Shown here in pieces: positions 47,243-57,290 of a stretch of DNA of 64,000 nt. Under the pieces are notes generated by a model, which was not told the DNA's origin, ran no database searches, and saw nothing but the letters and a program-made list of their open reading frames with translations. This stretch comes from a bacterium (GTDB taxonomy: Bacteria; Krumholzibacteriota; Krumholzibacteriia; G020349025), in assembly GCA_031362565.1 (NCBI GenBank), contig JANLSU010000039.1, forward strand, positions 163,229 to 227,228, given 5' to 3'. Each line of letters starts with the position of its first letter. Position 1 is the first letter of the stretch. The position numbers and the translations under genes were made by a program.

Positions 47243-48775
47243 TCAGGCGTGGGCGCCGCTGTCAAGGCGACGCGGCCCATCGTTGGGATCGGCGTCGGGA
47301 TTGGCAAGCCAGGCTGCAAAGGAACCATCCAAATGCGGATCGGATTGCGGCGTGGCGGGCTGCGGAACCGCGCTCGGCGCGGCCTCTTCCGGCGCTTCGA
47401 CCGCCCCGGCACCCGCTTCGCCGCGCCGCTGTTCGAGCTTGCGGTAGATGGTGCGTGCCGTGATGCCGAGCAACGACGCGGCGCGTGTCTTGTCGCCGCT
47501 CGTATAGCGCAGAGTCTCGGCGATCATGCGTTGCTCGATTTCATCGAGCGTCGTTCCGACCGTGAAGGTGACGAAGGCGCGCGGGCCGCTCTTCTGCAGG
47601 TCGGGCGCCAGGTCGGTACACACGATGCGGTTGCCACGCGCCAGCACGACCGCCCGTTCGATGGAATTTTCGAGTTCGCGGACGTTTCCCGGCCAGTCGT
47701 AGTCCAACAGCATGCCAAGCGCATCGGGCTCGATCGCATCGATGTGTTTGCCGTCCTTGGCGGCGTACTTGCGCAAGAAATGGGCGGCGAGAAGCGGAAT
47801 GTCCTCCTTGCGGTCGCGCAGCGGCGGCAGGCGGATCTCGATCACCCGCAATCGGTAATACAAGTCCTCGCGGAAGCGTTTTTCGGCGATGGCGCGCTCG
47901 AGATCGATATTGGTGGCGGCAATGACCCGCACGTCGACCTTTTGAGTGCGAATGCCGCCGACCCGGTCGAATTCCCCTTCTTGCAGGACACGCAACACCT
48001 TGGTCTGAGTCGCGGCGCTCATGTCGCCGATCTCGTCCAGAAAGATGGTGCCGCTGTCGGCGAGTTCGAAGCGGCCTTTCTTGGTCTTGATGGCGCCGGT
48101 GAAGGCGCCGCGCTCGTAACCGAAGAGTTCGGACTCCATCAGGGTGTCTGGGATCGCGGCGCAATTCACTTTGACGTAAGGCGCATTGCGGCGCCGGCCG
48201 CGGGCCCGGAGCGCGGCCGCCACGACTTCCTTGCCGGTGCCGCTTTCGCCTTGGATGAGGATAGTCGCATCGCTCGGGCCGACGCGCTCCACCAAGTCCA
48301 TGATCTCGCGCATCGCGTCGCTCTGGCCCAGGACCATCGACGCCGACACGGCATCGGCATTCTCCGCCGGGTTGGCGGCCGCGCCGCCGGTGCGGCCCAG
48401 CAATGCCTGCTGCACGGCGCGCACCAATTCATGGCGCCCGAACGGCTTGGTCAAGAAGTCGACGGCGCCCGAACGCATGGCGGCGAGTGCCGCGTCCATG
48501 GTCGCGTGGCCGCTCATGAAAACGAATGGCGTGTCGGTGCCTTGGGCGCGCGCCCGGCGCAGGAGTTCGAGGCCGTCGATGCCCGCCATGCGCACGTCGG
48601 CGATACAGAGGGCGATCGCCTCGCGCTCCAAGATCTGCAGTGCCGCACCACCGTCGGTCGCGGTGCGAACTTGGTAGCCTTCGTGAATCAAGAGTCGCGA
48701 CAGCGGATCGAGAACAGCAGGTTCGTCATCGACGAGGAGAAGGATCGGGGGCAAGGGTCCTCCTGACGCGGGCAC
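47243..48775 (-). CDS. Sigma54-dependent response regulator (REC-AAA+-Fis HTH)
   Basis: LLVDDE, ADVRM, GESGTGKE, ESELFG.ERGAFTGA, FLDEIG, FREDLYYRL, WPGNVREL.N, AASLLGI. Confidence 0.94.
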   Translation of the reverse strand: MPASGGPLPPILLLVDDEPAVLDPLSRLLIHEGYQVRTATDGGAALQILEREAIALCIADVRMAGIDGLELLRRARAQGTDTPFVFMSGHATMDAALAAMRSGAVDFLTKPFGRHELVRAVQQALLGRTGGAAANPAENADAVSASMVLGQSDAMREIMDLVERVGPSDATILIQGESGTGKEVVAAALRARGRRRNAPYVKVNCAAIPDTLMESELFGYERGAFTGAIKTKKGRFELADSGTIFLDEIGDMSAATQTKVLRVLQEGEFDRVGGIRTQKVDVRVIAATNIDLERAIAEKRFREDLYYRLRVIEIRLPPLRDRKEDIPLLAAHFLRKYAAKDGKHIDAIEPDALGMLLDYDWPGNVRELENSIERAVVLARGNRIVCTDLAPDLQKSGPRAFVTFTVGTTLDEIEQRMIAETLRYTSGDKTRAASLLGITARTIYRKLEQRRGEAGAGAVEAPEEAAPSAVPQPATPQSDPHLDGSFAAWLANPDADPNDGPRRLDSGAHA

Positions 48776-49023
48776 GGTGGGAGCCGCGTTCCATGCGGCC
48801 GTGCGACAATTCTACACGAATCCAGGCGTCGAAGTGAAGGATTGCGACGAAATGTCGCGCCGTAGGCGGCATGCGGAGCGTTGAGGAAGGATGCGCCCTC
48901 GACGGTGAACGCGTGCCGGGTGGACGCGGATTCCGGCGGCTGCGCCGCCGGGACTACTAGCATCGACGGCGCGCCGCGTCTTAGAATAGTCGGCGGTTGC
49001 ATCACGTTTGGAGGCCAGGCGCC

Positions 49024-49476
49024 ATGGAACACGCCCCACCCCAACTGCAAGCCCATCTGGTTGTCGCGGCAGTGCGCGTGCTGGCGCACAAGACCGGGCG
49101 GCCGCCGGCCGTCGAAGAGGTCGCCGAGTTGCTCGGTTGGTCGCGCGAACTGGTCGGCCATTTGTCGCGCGGCCTCGAATCGCGCGGCATCCTGCAAGCG
49201 CTCAAGAGTCCGTTCGACGTCCGGCTCGAAGTCGCCGACCACCTCAAGATCGAAGAGCTGCCGAAGGAAGACAGCGGCCCACAGCTCAAGGAAGAAGTCG
49301 AAGCGTTCCACGAACAGTTAAAGAAGCGCCAGGCCGAGCTGCAAAACCTGTTCGATTCCGGCGAACAGGCCGAACGTGCCCGCCAGCGGCATGAAGACTT
49401 GGACAGCGAATTGCGCGACTTCAAGGCTCCACGCCGCTTCGATCCGTTCGGTGGCGCGGGCGAGGACAAACGCTGA
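49024..49476 (+). CDS. Hypothetical protein, winged-helix-like N-terminus plus coiled coil
   Basis: RPPAVEEVAELLGWS..LESRGIL; charged helical C-terminus; GGAGG upstream. Confidence 0.72.
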   Translation: MEHAPPQLQAHLVVAAVRVLAHKTGRPPAVEEVAELLGWSRELVGHLSRGLESRGILQALKSPFDVRLEVADHLKIEELPKEDSGPQLKEEVEAFHEQLKKRQAELQNLFDSGEQAERARQRHEDLDSELRDFKAPRRFDPFGGAGEDKR

Positions 49477-49484
49477 CCCGGCGG

Positions 49485-50471
49485 GTGTGGCTCGTCGCCG
49501 CGGCGGGCGTGCTTGCGAGCGGCTGCGGGCGCCGTGCGACACCCTTCCAAGATTCGTTCCTCGCCATGGACTCCGTCGTCCAATTGACGATCGTGTGTAC
49601 TTCGGCCGATTCGGCGCGGGCCGGATTCGCTGCCGCCCGGCGCGAAGTCGAACGGCTCGAGGCCATCTTCTCGGACTACCGGGCGACGAGCAATGTCGGC
49701 ATGCTCAACCGGCGCCAGACCGACGTGTTGGCACCCGAGACACGTGAACTACTCGGCCGCGCGCAGCAAGTGTGCGATGAGTCGGGCGGCGCGTTCGACG
49801 TCACCGTGCGGCCGGTCAAGAACCTGTGGGGATTCGGCACCGAAGGCCCGCCGCACGTGCCGGACTCGAGTGCCGTACGCGCCGCGTTGGCGCATGTCGG
49901 TTGCCATGTCTATGACATCACGCCGGACGGACGGCTCGTGTGGCATGACCCGGTGGCGGAAATCGATTTGGGCGGCATTGCGCAGGGCTTCGTTGGACGT
50001 TCGGTGGCCGACACGCTGCGCGCCCTCGGCCTCGGGCGGTTCATCGTCGATATCAGCGGCGATCTCGTTTGCGGTGGCCGGCGCGCCGACGGCGGTCCGT
50101 GGCGCATCGGCCTCCAGAATCCGCGCCAGCCGGACTCGCTCTTTGCAACCTTACCGCTCGATGTGACAGCGATTACGACGTCCGGCGACTACGAGCAATT
50201 CTTCCTGCAAGATGGCGTGCGCTACCATCACATCCTCGACCCGCACACCGGGCGGCCGGCGCGCGACGTCGCATCGGTAAGCGTCTTGTCGAACGATCCC
50301 ATCGCCGCCGACTGCTACACCAAGGTCGTTTTCGTCCTGGGCCCCGAGCGCGGCCTGGCGTTCCTGAACGCGCGGCCCGATCTGCGTGGGGTGATCGTCC
50401 GCGAAACGTCGCCGGGACACCTGGCGGTATTGTGGAGCGACGACCTGGCGGCGCGCGTGCCGGCGCGGTAG
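49485..50471 (+). CDS. apbE: FAD:protein FMN transferase (ApbE), lipoprotein
   Basis: Lipobox LASGC; GAFDVTV.P..LWGF, IDLGGIAQG, GDL, TSGDYE, YHHILDP.TG.P. Confidence 0.92.
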   Translation: MWLVAAAGVLASGCGRRATPFQDSFLAMDSVVQLTIVCTSADSARAGFAAARREVERLEAIFSDYRATSNVGMLNRRQTDVLAPETRELLGRAQQVCDESGGAFDVTVRPVKNLWGFGTEGPPHVPDSSAVRAALAHVGCHVYDITPDGRLVWHDPVAEIDLGGIAQGFVGRSVADTLRALGLGRFIVDISGDLVCGGRRADGGPWRIGLQNPRQPDSLFATLPLDVTAITTSGDYEQFFLQDGVRYHHILDPHTGRPARDVASVSVLSNDPIAADCYTKVVFVLGPERGLAFLNARPDLRGVIVRETSPGHLAVLWSDDLAARVPAR

Positions 50472-50607
50472 TCCCGGATCGGGCGGGACGCGAAGGCCTC
50501 GTACCAAGGGCCGATGCGATGTATCTTGGCACCCGGCTGCGGGCCGCCGGGTGCGCCTGGGCCATCGTCGCGCCAATCATTCTGCGAGCTCGGAGAAGGA
50601 ATACCTG

Positions 50608-52776
50608 ATGACGAACAAGAAACGAAGCGCGGGCTTGGCATTGGCTGCCGGGCTCCTGTGCGCGCAAGGTGCCAATGCCGCCGACGAGACCGCCGCTGCC
50701 GCTACGAATCCGCTATTGACCCCGTGGGCCGGAAACTACGGCGGCGTTCCGACCTGGGACCAAGGTTCGCCCGAACGATACAAGCAGGCTCTGCCGCTGG
50801 CCATCGTACTGCGGCAGAATGAAATTGACGCCATCGTCGCCCAAACGGCGGCACCGACTTTCGAAAACACGATCACCGCCATGGAACGCGCCGGCCGGGT
50901 TCTGGAGCGCGTCGAGGCGATGTTCGATGTCATGACCAACAACATGAGCACCGACGAATACGAGGCGCTCAACGTCGAGGTCGCGCCGAAGCTGGCCGAG
51001 GCCGTGGACAGGATCACCTTCAACGAGGGCTTGTTCGCCCGCATCCGCACCCTGTACGAGACCCGCGCCAAACAGGACTTGACCGCCGAGCAGTCACGCT
51101 TGCTGGTGCGCACCTACGAGGACTTCACGCGCGCCGGCGCCGGCCTGTCGCAAGCCAAGCGCGATCGCATCAGCGCCATCAATCAGGAACTAGCGGGGCT
51201 GTTCGCGGCCTTCCAGAACAAAGTGCTGGCGGACGAGAACACCTGGACCGTGCTCGACACCGAGGCCGATGTGGCGGGCCTGCCGGCATCCGTCGCGGCG
51301 TCGGCGAAGGCCGCGGCCGACGAGCGCAAGCTCGCGGGCAAGTGGGCCATCGTCAACACGCGGTCGAGCGTCGATCCGTTCCTGACCTCCGCATCACGGC
51401 GCGACCTGCGCGAGAAGGTCTGGGGCAAATTCATCAACCGCGGTGACAACGGCGACGCCAACGACACCAACAAAGTCATCGCCGACATCGTCCGGCTGCG
51501 TGCCGAGCGCGCCAAGCTGTTGGGCTACGCCTCCCACGCGCATTGGCGCATGCAGGACACGATGGCCCACGACCCGCGCAAGGCGATGGACCTCATGCTG
51601 CGCGTGTGGAAGCCCGCCGTCGGGCGCGTCCACGAAGAAGTCACCGACATGCAGAAGATCGTCGACTCCGAGGGCGGCGGTTTCAAGATCGCGCCCTGGG
51701 ACTACAAGTATTACGCCGAGAAGGTCCGCAAGCAGCGTTACGACCTCGACCAGGCCGCCATCAAGCCGTATTTCGAGCTCGGGCACATGATCGACGCCGC
51801 GTTGTGGTGCAGCGGGCAGCTGTACGACCTGCAGTTCAAGGACATCACCGGCCAGGTGCCGGTGTTCCACCCCGACATGCGGGTCTGGGAAGTGCGCAAC
51901 TCGAAGGACAACCGGTTCGTGGGGTTGTTCTACGGCGACTACTTCGCGCGCGCCGGCAAACGCTCGGGCGCCTGGGAAACCGAATACCGGGCCCACGAGA
52001 AGTTCGATGGGTTGACCACGCCGCTCGTCTCCAACAACAACAACTTCGTCAAGGGCGCAGCGGGCGAACCGGTGCTCATTTCACTCGACGATGCCGAAAC
52101 ACTGTTCCATGAATTCGGCCACGCACTGCATGCGCTGTTGTCCGACGTGAACTACCCCGGTCTCGGCGAAACACCGCGCGATTTCGTCGAGTACCCGTCG
52201 CAGATCAACGAACACTGGGTGCTGACCCGCGAAGTTCTGGACAAATTCGCCCGCCACTACCAGACCGGCGAAGCCATGCCACAAGCCCTGATCGACAAGG
52301 TGCAGCAGTCGCGCAAGTTCAACCAGGGCTTTGCGACCGTGGAGTACTTGGCATCCGCCATCGTCGACATGGAACTGCACCTGCTGCCGGACGGCAAGGT
52401 CGACCCCGACGCCTTCGAGCGCGAGACGCTGAAGAAGATCGGGATGCCGGCCGAGATCGTCATGCGGCATCGCACCCCGCAGTTCAATCATTTGTTCACG
52501 AGCGATGCGTACTCGGCCGGCTACTACAGCTACCTGTGGTCGGAAGTCATGGACGCCGATACGTGGACGGTGTTCGCCGAGAAGGGCCCCTTCGACCGGG
52601 CGACCGCCGACAAGTTCCGGCATCAGCTTCTGGAAGTCGGCAATTCGGTCGATTTGGCGGCTGCATTCCGCGGCTTCCGCGGCCGGGATCCGGACGTCGG
52701 AGCTCTGCTCGAGCAGCGTGGGTTCGTGAGCCCGGCGGGCGGCGCCGGCAAATCGACCGGCGCGCAATCGCGCTGA
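50608..52776 (+). CDS. dcp: M3-family peptidyl-dipeptidase Dcp, exported
   Basis: Signal peptide; NPLL, PTFENTI, KRSGAW, FHEFGHALH, RDFVEYPSQ..E, YSAGYYSYLWSE. Confidence 0.92.
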   Translation: MTNKKRSAGLALAAGLLCAQGANAADETAAAATNPLLTPWAGNYGGVPTWDQGSPERYKQALPLAIVLRQNEIDAIVAQTAAPTFENTITAMERAGRVLERVEAMFDVMTNNMSTDEYEALNVEVAPKLAEAVDRITFNEGLFARIRTLYETRAKQDLTAEQSRLLVRTYEDFTRAGAGLSQAKRDRISAINQELAGLFAAFQNKVLADENTWTVLDTEADVAGLPASVAASAKAAADERKLAGKWAIVNTRSSVDPFLTSASRRDLREKVWGKFINRGDNGDANDTNKVIADIVRLRAERAKLLGYASHAHWRMQDTMAHDPRKAMDLMLRVWKPAVGRVHEEVTDMQKIVDSEGGGFKIAPWDYKYYAEKVRKQRYDLDQAAIKPYFELGHMIDAALWCSGQLYDLQFKDITGQVPVFHPDMRVWEVRNSKDNRFVGLFYGDYFARAGKRSGAWETEYRAHEKFDGLTTPLVSNNNNFVKGAAGEPVLISLDDAETLFHEFGHALHALLSDVNYPGLGETPRDFVEYPSQINEHWVLTREVLDKFARHYQTGEAMPQALIDKVQQSRKFNQGFATVEYLASAIVDMELHLLPDGKVDPDAFERETLKKIGMPAEIVMRHRTPQFNHLFTSDAYSAGYYSYLWSEVMDADTWTVFAEKGPFDRATADKFRHQLLEVGNSVDLAAAFRGFRGRDPDVGALLEQRGFVSPAGGAGKSTGAQSR

Positions 52777-52807
52777 CCAGCGCACGGTTTCGTACGCGGC
52801 GATGAAA

Positions 52808-52854
52808 ACCGGGCCGGACACGCCGCCTTCCACGGCCGACGTGTCCGGCCCGGT
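52808..52854. terminator. Perfect 15-bp inverted repeat between convergent genes
   Basis: ACCGGGCCGGACACG-(17 nt)-CGTGTCCGGCCCGGT, followed by TTTT on the minus strand. Confidence 0.7.
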
Positions 52855-52878
52855 GCACGTTTGCCGGCGCACAACCGA

Positions 52879-54531
52879 CTATCGAGTCGCATCCAAGGCC
52901 GTGGCGAGCACACTCAGAAGTTGCGACGGACGCGCCGGCCGGGTGAGATAAGCAGTGAATCCGTGGCCTTGCAAGCGCTCCGCATCGCCAAGCTGGCGAC
53001 GCGTCGTCAACAGCACGAGTGTGGTGGATCCGAGCCCGGGATCGTTCTTGATGGCCGACGCCAGGGCTTCCGGCGTCATATCCGGAACGTCGTGGGCGAC
53101 CATCACCAGCTGAATGGGTTCTCCGGCAGCGTGCGACGCCTGCAGAGCGGCGATCGCTTCGCTTCCCGTCGCGACGGCGTGACCCTTCCCGTGCCAGCCG
53201 GCAATCTGTTCCATGAGCACGTCGCGGACTCTCTCGTGGCGGTGCAGCACGATGACGCGCAGGCCTTCGAGGCTCCGGAGGGGTGGCGGCACCGGCGCAT
53301 CGGTGTCGAGCGGCAGTGTCAGCGTGAACGAGAACGTCGACCCGGAGCCCGCCACGCTCGTCACGTCGATCTCGCCATTCATCAATTCGACGAGTTGCTT
53401 CGAGATCGCCAGGCCCAATCCCGTCCCCCCGTAGGAGCGCGTGATCGAGCCGTCGGCTTGGGTGAATTTCTCGAAGACGCTTGCGAGCTTGTCTTGCGAG
53501 ATCCCAATGCCGGTGTCTTCGACCGAGAGCCGCAAGCGCGCCCAAGCCGCGTCCCCTGCGAGGTTCTCGACATTGATCAGGACGTGGCCTACATGCGTGA
53601 ACTTGATCGCGTTGCCAACCAAGTTCATCAGCGCCTGGCGGATGCGCCCGGCGTCGCCGACCACCCGGTTCGGAAGGTCCGGTGCGCGGCGCACGATGAG
53701 TTCGATGCTTTTTTCCTCCGCCTTCTCGGCGACCAGTGCGACGACTTCGTCGACCATGGCGTTGAGGTCGAAAGGGAATGGGTCGATCGCGAGCCGGCCG
53801 GCTTCGATTCGCGACACATCGAGAATGTCGTTGATGATGGTGAGCAGCGATTCACCGGCCGTTTGAATGATGTCGACGCACTCCAGCTGCTCGGCCGAGA
53901 GCGGCGTGTCCTGCAGATGGCTGCTCATGCTCAAGATACCGGTCATGGGAGTGCGGACCTCGTGGCTCATGTTCGCCAAGAATTCGCTCTTCAAACGGTT
54001 GGCGGATTCGGCCGCTTCCTTGGCTCGCAGCAGCGCCTCCTGCGAACGCCGCAGGACCTCCAGGTTGGTGATGTCCTGGAGCATCAAGATGCATTCGTCG
54101 ACGCGGTTGTCGGGGGCGGTGATGGGCATCGCCGTGGCATAGATGTGGCGTGCCGTGCCCTCCAGATCGAGGCGGATTTCGCGGTGCGAGACCGTCGCCG
54201 TCGCCAGCGCCGCCGCGACCGGGCACTCGCCACAGACCTGCGGCGAACCGCACAACAGTTCATTGCACGTCGCGGCCCGGCCGGCTTGGATGCAAGCGCT
54301 GTTGGCGAACCAGCCGCGGCACACATTGTTGAGCCAGACGGCGGACAAGGCCGGGTCGAGGACCACGAAACCGGCGTCGGTATGATTGACGAGCGCCGAG
54401 AGCTTCTGGCGCTCGCGCTCCAGAAACCGGATCTGGCGATCCTGCCGCTGGAACCAACGTTCCAGCTCTTCGATGCGGCGGCGCAGCACACCGACGGATT
54501 CGGTCGCGACGGGTTCCCGGTTACTGCTCAC
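52879..54531 (-). CDS. Hybrid sensor histidine kinase (coil, Cys-rich PAS, HisKA, HATPase, pseudo-receiver)
   Basis: [58 protein letters not shown]; receiver reads LVMVAHDVP. Confidence 0.9.
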   Translation of the reverse strand: MSSNREPVATESVGVLRRRIEELERWFQRQDRQIRFLERERQKLSALVNHTDAGFVVLDPALSAVWLNNVCRGWFANSACIQAGRAATCNELLCGSPQVCGECPVAAALATATVSHREIRLDLEGTARHIYATAMPITAPDNRVDECILMLQDITNLEVLRRSQEALLRAKEAAESANRLKSEFLANMSHEVRTPMTGILSMSSHLQDTPLSAEQLECVDIIQTAGESLLTIINDILDVSRIEAGRLAIDPFPFDLNAMVDEVVALVAEKAEEKSIELIVRRAPDLPNRVVGDAGRIRQALMNLVGNAIKFTHVGHVLINVENLAGDAAWARLRLSVEDTGIGISQDKLASVFEKFTQADGSITRSYGGTGLGLAISKQLVELMNGEIDVTSVAGSGSTFSFTLTLPLDTDAPVPPPLRSLEGLRVIVLHRHERVRDVLMEQIAGWHGKGHAVATGSEAIAALQASHAAGEPIQLVMVAHDVPDMTPEALASAIKNDPGLGSTTLVLLTTRRQLGDAERLQGHGFTAYLTRPARPSQLLSVLATALDATR

Positions 54532-54537
54532 CAGGTC

Positions 54538-55041
54538 TCACTCCTGGGATGATCGGACCTCGCCACGGTTGCTCGCTTCGTAGGCGTGCGCCAGCCACTC
54601 GGCGACCTTCCGGACTTCGTGGAGCATTCCCGCATCGAACGCATCGAGTTCGTGGCTGTCGATGTCGATTTGCGCGAAGATCGAATCGCCTTTGCGAATC
54701 AGCACCACCAGTTCGGATTTCGTGGCGCTCGAACAGGCTAGATAGTTGGGTTCCTTCGACACGTCGGGAACGTTCTTGTCACGCTTCTCCGCCACGGCGC
54801 TCCCGCACACCCCACGGCCGACCGAGATGAACACGTGATCGGTCGGTGCGCCCACGAACGGTCCGAGCCGCAGCGTATCGTCGGGATACAACTCGTAGAT
54901 TCCAGTCCAGTGAAAGCGCGGGTGCGCTTCATGAAGCAGGTCCACGGCCTTCGAAAGCAGCTCGTCCAGGCTCGTACCCGACGCGGTGAGACGATCGAGC
55001 TGGCGACAGATTTCTTCGCCACTGAATGTCGTTCCAGACAT
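54538..55041 (-). CDS. msrC: GAF-domain free methionine-(R)-sulfoxide reductase (fRMsr/MsrC-like)
   Basis: WTGIY, LGPFVG, GRGVCG.A, NYLACS..TKSELVV, IDIDS. Confidence 0.75.
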   Translation of the reverse strand: MSGTTFSGEEICRQLDRLTASGTSLDELLSKAVDLLHEAHPRFHWTGIYELYPDDTLRLGPFVGAPTDHVFISVGRGVCGSAVAEKRDKNVPDVSKEPNYLACSSATKSELVVLIRKGDSIFAQIDIDSHELDAFDAGMLHEVRKVAEWLAHAYEASNRGEVRSSQE

Positions 55042-55346
55042 GCGTTGTCCTCCGCCGAAGCTCGACCGAGCGTCAATCGGTCCCCAAGGAAAAGGTGCGC
55101 CGAACTTCGTTGCGATGACGCGACATCGGGGGCCCGCAACTCTCGTGCCGCACGCGGTGGCCGTCCACCCCGGGGCGCGGGCGCGCCGGACACCGTCGAG
55201 ACTGCTTGGCGATCGATGCCCAATGGCTGACTTGCGTTCGTCTCCTGGTTCCTACCTGACGCATTTCTTTGCGCCCTGGCCAGGAGCGAGCGCGCGCCGC
55301 GCCGGAGGGCGCGCCGCAGTGCAGGCGACAGCCTCGCGTGCCGGTT

Positions 55347-56174
55347 TCAGTCGGGTTTGCGGAATGTGAAGAATCCGAGCGCATCGCTGGCGCGGTGCAC
55401 GGAATCGGCGACCCGGGAGAGGGCGAACAGGCCGCGCGATGCGAGGCCGTCCAGGGAGGCCCCGTCACCGAAGCGCCGCAGGTAGTGGTGTTCGTCGTGC
55501 AGATCCCGTCCGCCGGTGCGCAGCAGCAACCGCTTCGATGCGGTCGAAACCTGCTGCCAGCGCGCCATCCACTGCGGATAGTGATGATAGAGCGCCCAAT
55601 AGTCGACTTGCCGGAGGCCGGCAGCCTCGAACATGCGCGTGTACTCGGGCGCCAGGCGGTGCACGCTCTGCCGGTGCACGCTGCGCTCGCGATGCACGCC
55701 CTCCAGAATCCATGCTTCGCCGCCGGGCCGGATGACGCGCGCGATGTCGCGCACCAGGCCCGCGAGTTGCGGGCCGTCGTGATTGTGCTGCAAGGCGGTC
55801 ACGGTGAGAACCACATCGAGACTCGCGTCTTGATGCGGCAGATGCGAGCCGTCGATGACATGGAGCGGGAACTCGACACCGCCGGCCACGTTCAGTTGGC
55901 CGGCGACCTCGATCATCTTGGGCGCGATGTCCGCACCCTCGACGCGCGCCCCATGGCCGTGGAGGAAGCGCAGGTTGCCCGCCGCGCCGCAGCCGACTTC
56001 GAGAATGCGCTTGCCGGAGACCTGCCGCGACGCCAGCCAGGCGAGCATGCGGCGGCGTTTGTCGCGCTGAAAGACGTCCAAGTCCCCAACCACCTCGAGG
56101 TCCGGCGTGGTGCCGCGTTCCTGCAGCATGCGCTCGGCGGTGGCGTCGAACCAGACGCGCGGATCGGTACTCAC
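55347..56174 (-). CDS. Class I SAM-dependent methyltransferase
   Basis: ILEVGCGAAG, GADIAP.MI, LPHQDASLDVV, ARVIRPGG. Confidence 0.85.
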   Translation of the reverse strand: MSTDPRVWFDATAERMLQERGTTPDLEVVGDLDVFQRDKRRRMLAWLASRQVSGKRILEVGCGAAGNLRFLHGHGARVEGADIAPKMIEVAGQLNVAGGVEFPLHVIDGSHLPHQDASLDVVLTVTALQHNHDGPQLAGLVRDIARVIRPGGEAWILEGVHRERSVHRQSVHRLAPEYTRMFEAAGLRQVDYWALYHHYPQWMARWQQVSTASKRLLLRTGGRDLHDEHHYLRRFGDGASLDGLASRGLFALSRVADSVHRASDALGFFTFRKPD

Positions 56175-56270
56175 GAGTCCCCCGGTACGAGAAGAACCAA
56201 GCGGTTGGTCCTTCGATCATAACACGGGGCGCGGGGCGCGAGCACGCGTTCACGAGACTGGACGGGCGAT

Positions 56271-57290
56271 TCAGGGCGTCGTGGCGGCGCCGGTCTGCGG
56301 CGGGCTGAAGACGAGCGGCAAGGTGAAGCGCACCGTGCCGGCGGCGATCGCCGTGAACTTCCAGCCCTGCACCTGCGACAGGATACAACGCTCGAGGGCG
56401 GCGTTGCCGATGCTGTCGTCGAGGGGTTCGACGGCGACGATCTCGCCGGCGGCGGCGATGTCCATTTGCAGGGTGATTTTACCCGTCAGGCCGGGGGTTT
56501 TCTTGAGCGCGTTGTCATAGCAGAAGCGAATCCCCGCGACATAGCGCTGCACGGTGGCCATCAGGCTCCGGCTGTCGCGGCCCGAGGCCTGCGCGCCCTC
56601 GCCGTCGGTCGCGACCCCGTCATCGGCGATCGCGACTGCGGTGTGGCGCACACCGCGGCCGGCGCCCGTGCCACCGCCCGCCCCACTGCCGGCGCCGACG
56701 GCGCCGAGTCCCGTGCCGCGCAACTGGCCATCCCCCGTCGGCACATTGCCAGTGCCGCGGGCGCCGGCAACTGCGAAAGCATTGCCGGTGCTACGGCCGC
56801 CGCCCTGGCCACGCGCTGCCGGCGCCGGCATCGTGCCGCCGATTCCCGCCAGCAGCTGATCGACGTTGCGCGCCGTTTGCGCTAATTCCTGCGCGACTCG
56901 CGCCCCTTCGGCGCGGCCCTTCTCACCTTTGGGCGGTGCGGGCGCTTGCGCGACGCCGCTCTCACCCGGCCGGTCCTTCACGGTCGCCTTGGCCTCGGGC
57001 ACCTTGACGACCGGTTTGGGCGCCGCGGGAGCCGCCGCCGGCTTGGGTGTCGCCACCACGGCGGCCGGCTTGGGCGCCGGCGGTGCGGGCTTGGCGACGG
57101 GTTTCGGCGGTTCGAGATCTTTCGCTTCGAGCCACGTCACTTCGGTGATCGTCGGCGGTCCTTCGTGGCTGCGGCTCTGGAAGACGAGCCACGCGAACAG
57201 GACGGCGTGCGCGATGCCGCTGGTGATGAACGCCCGGCGCGTACTGCGCCGCACGAAGTCTCGATCGCGCCGTGCGAAGTCGAGGCTCAT
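56271..57290 (-). CDS. TonB/TolA-like energy transducer with an AgmX/PglI-type C-terminal domain (GltG-like)
   Basis: TM with TonB-type S..H (TSGIAHAVL); Pro/Lys- and Gly-rich linkers; IRFCYDNALK..PGLTGKI..LERCI..WKF..V..PLVF. Confidence 0.82.
   Translation of the reverse strand: MSLDFARRDRDFVRRSTRRAFITSGIAHAVLFAWLVFQSRSHEGPPTITEVTWLEAKDLEPPKPVAKPAPPAPKPAAVVATPKPAAAPAAPKPVVKVPEAKATVKDRPGESGVAQAPAPPKGEKGRAEGARVAQELAQTARNVDQLLAGIGGTMPAPAARGQGGGRSTGNAFAVAGARGTGNVPTGDGQLRGTGLGAVGAGSGAGGGTGAGRGVRHTAVAIADDGVATDGEGAQASGRDSRSLMATVQRYVAGIRFCYDNALKKTPGLTGKITLQMDIAAAGEIVAVEPLDDSIGNAALERCILSQVQGWKFTAIAAGTVRFTLPLVFSPPQTGAATTP

Noticed and set aside
17377..48766. Long plus-strand ORFs (17377..19317, 19495..21057, 21112..23541, 32583..34163, 39052..41796, 46325..48766)
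   Set aside because: Antisense shadows of recG, dcw, C25 and NtrC genes, expected at high GC; His/Arg/Val-rich with no domains.
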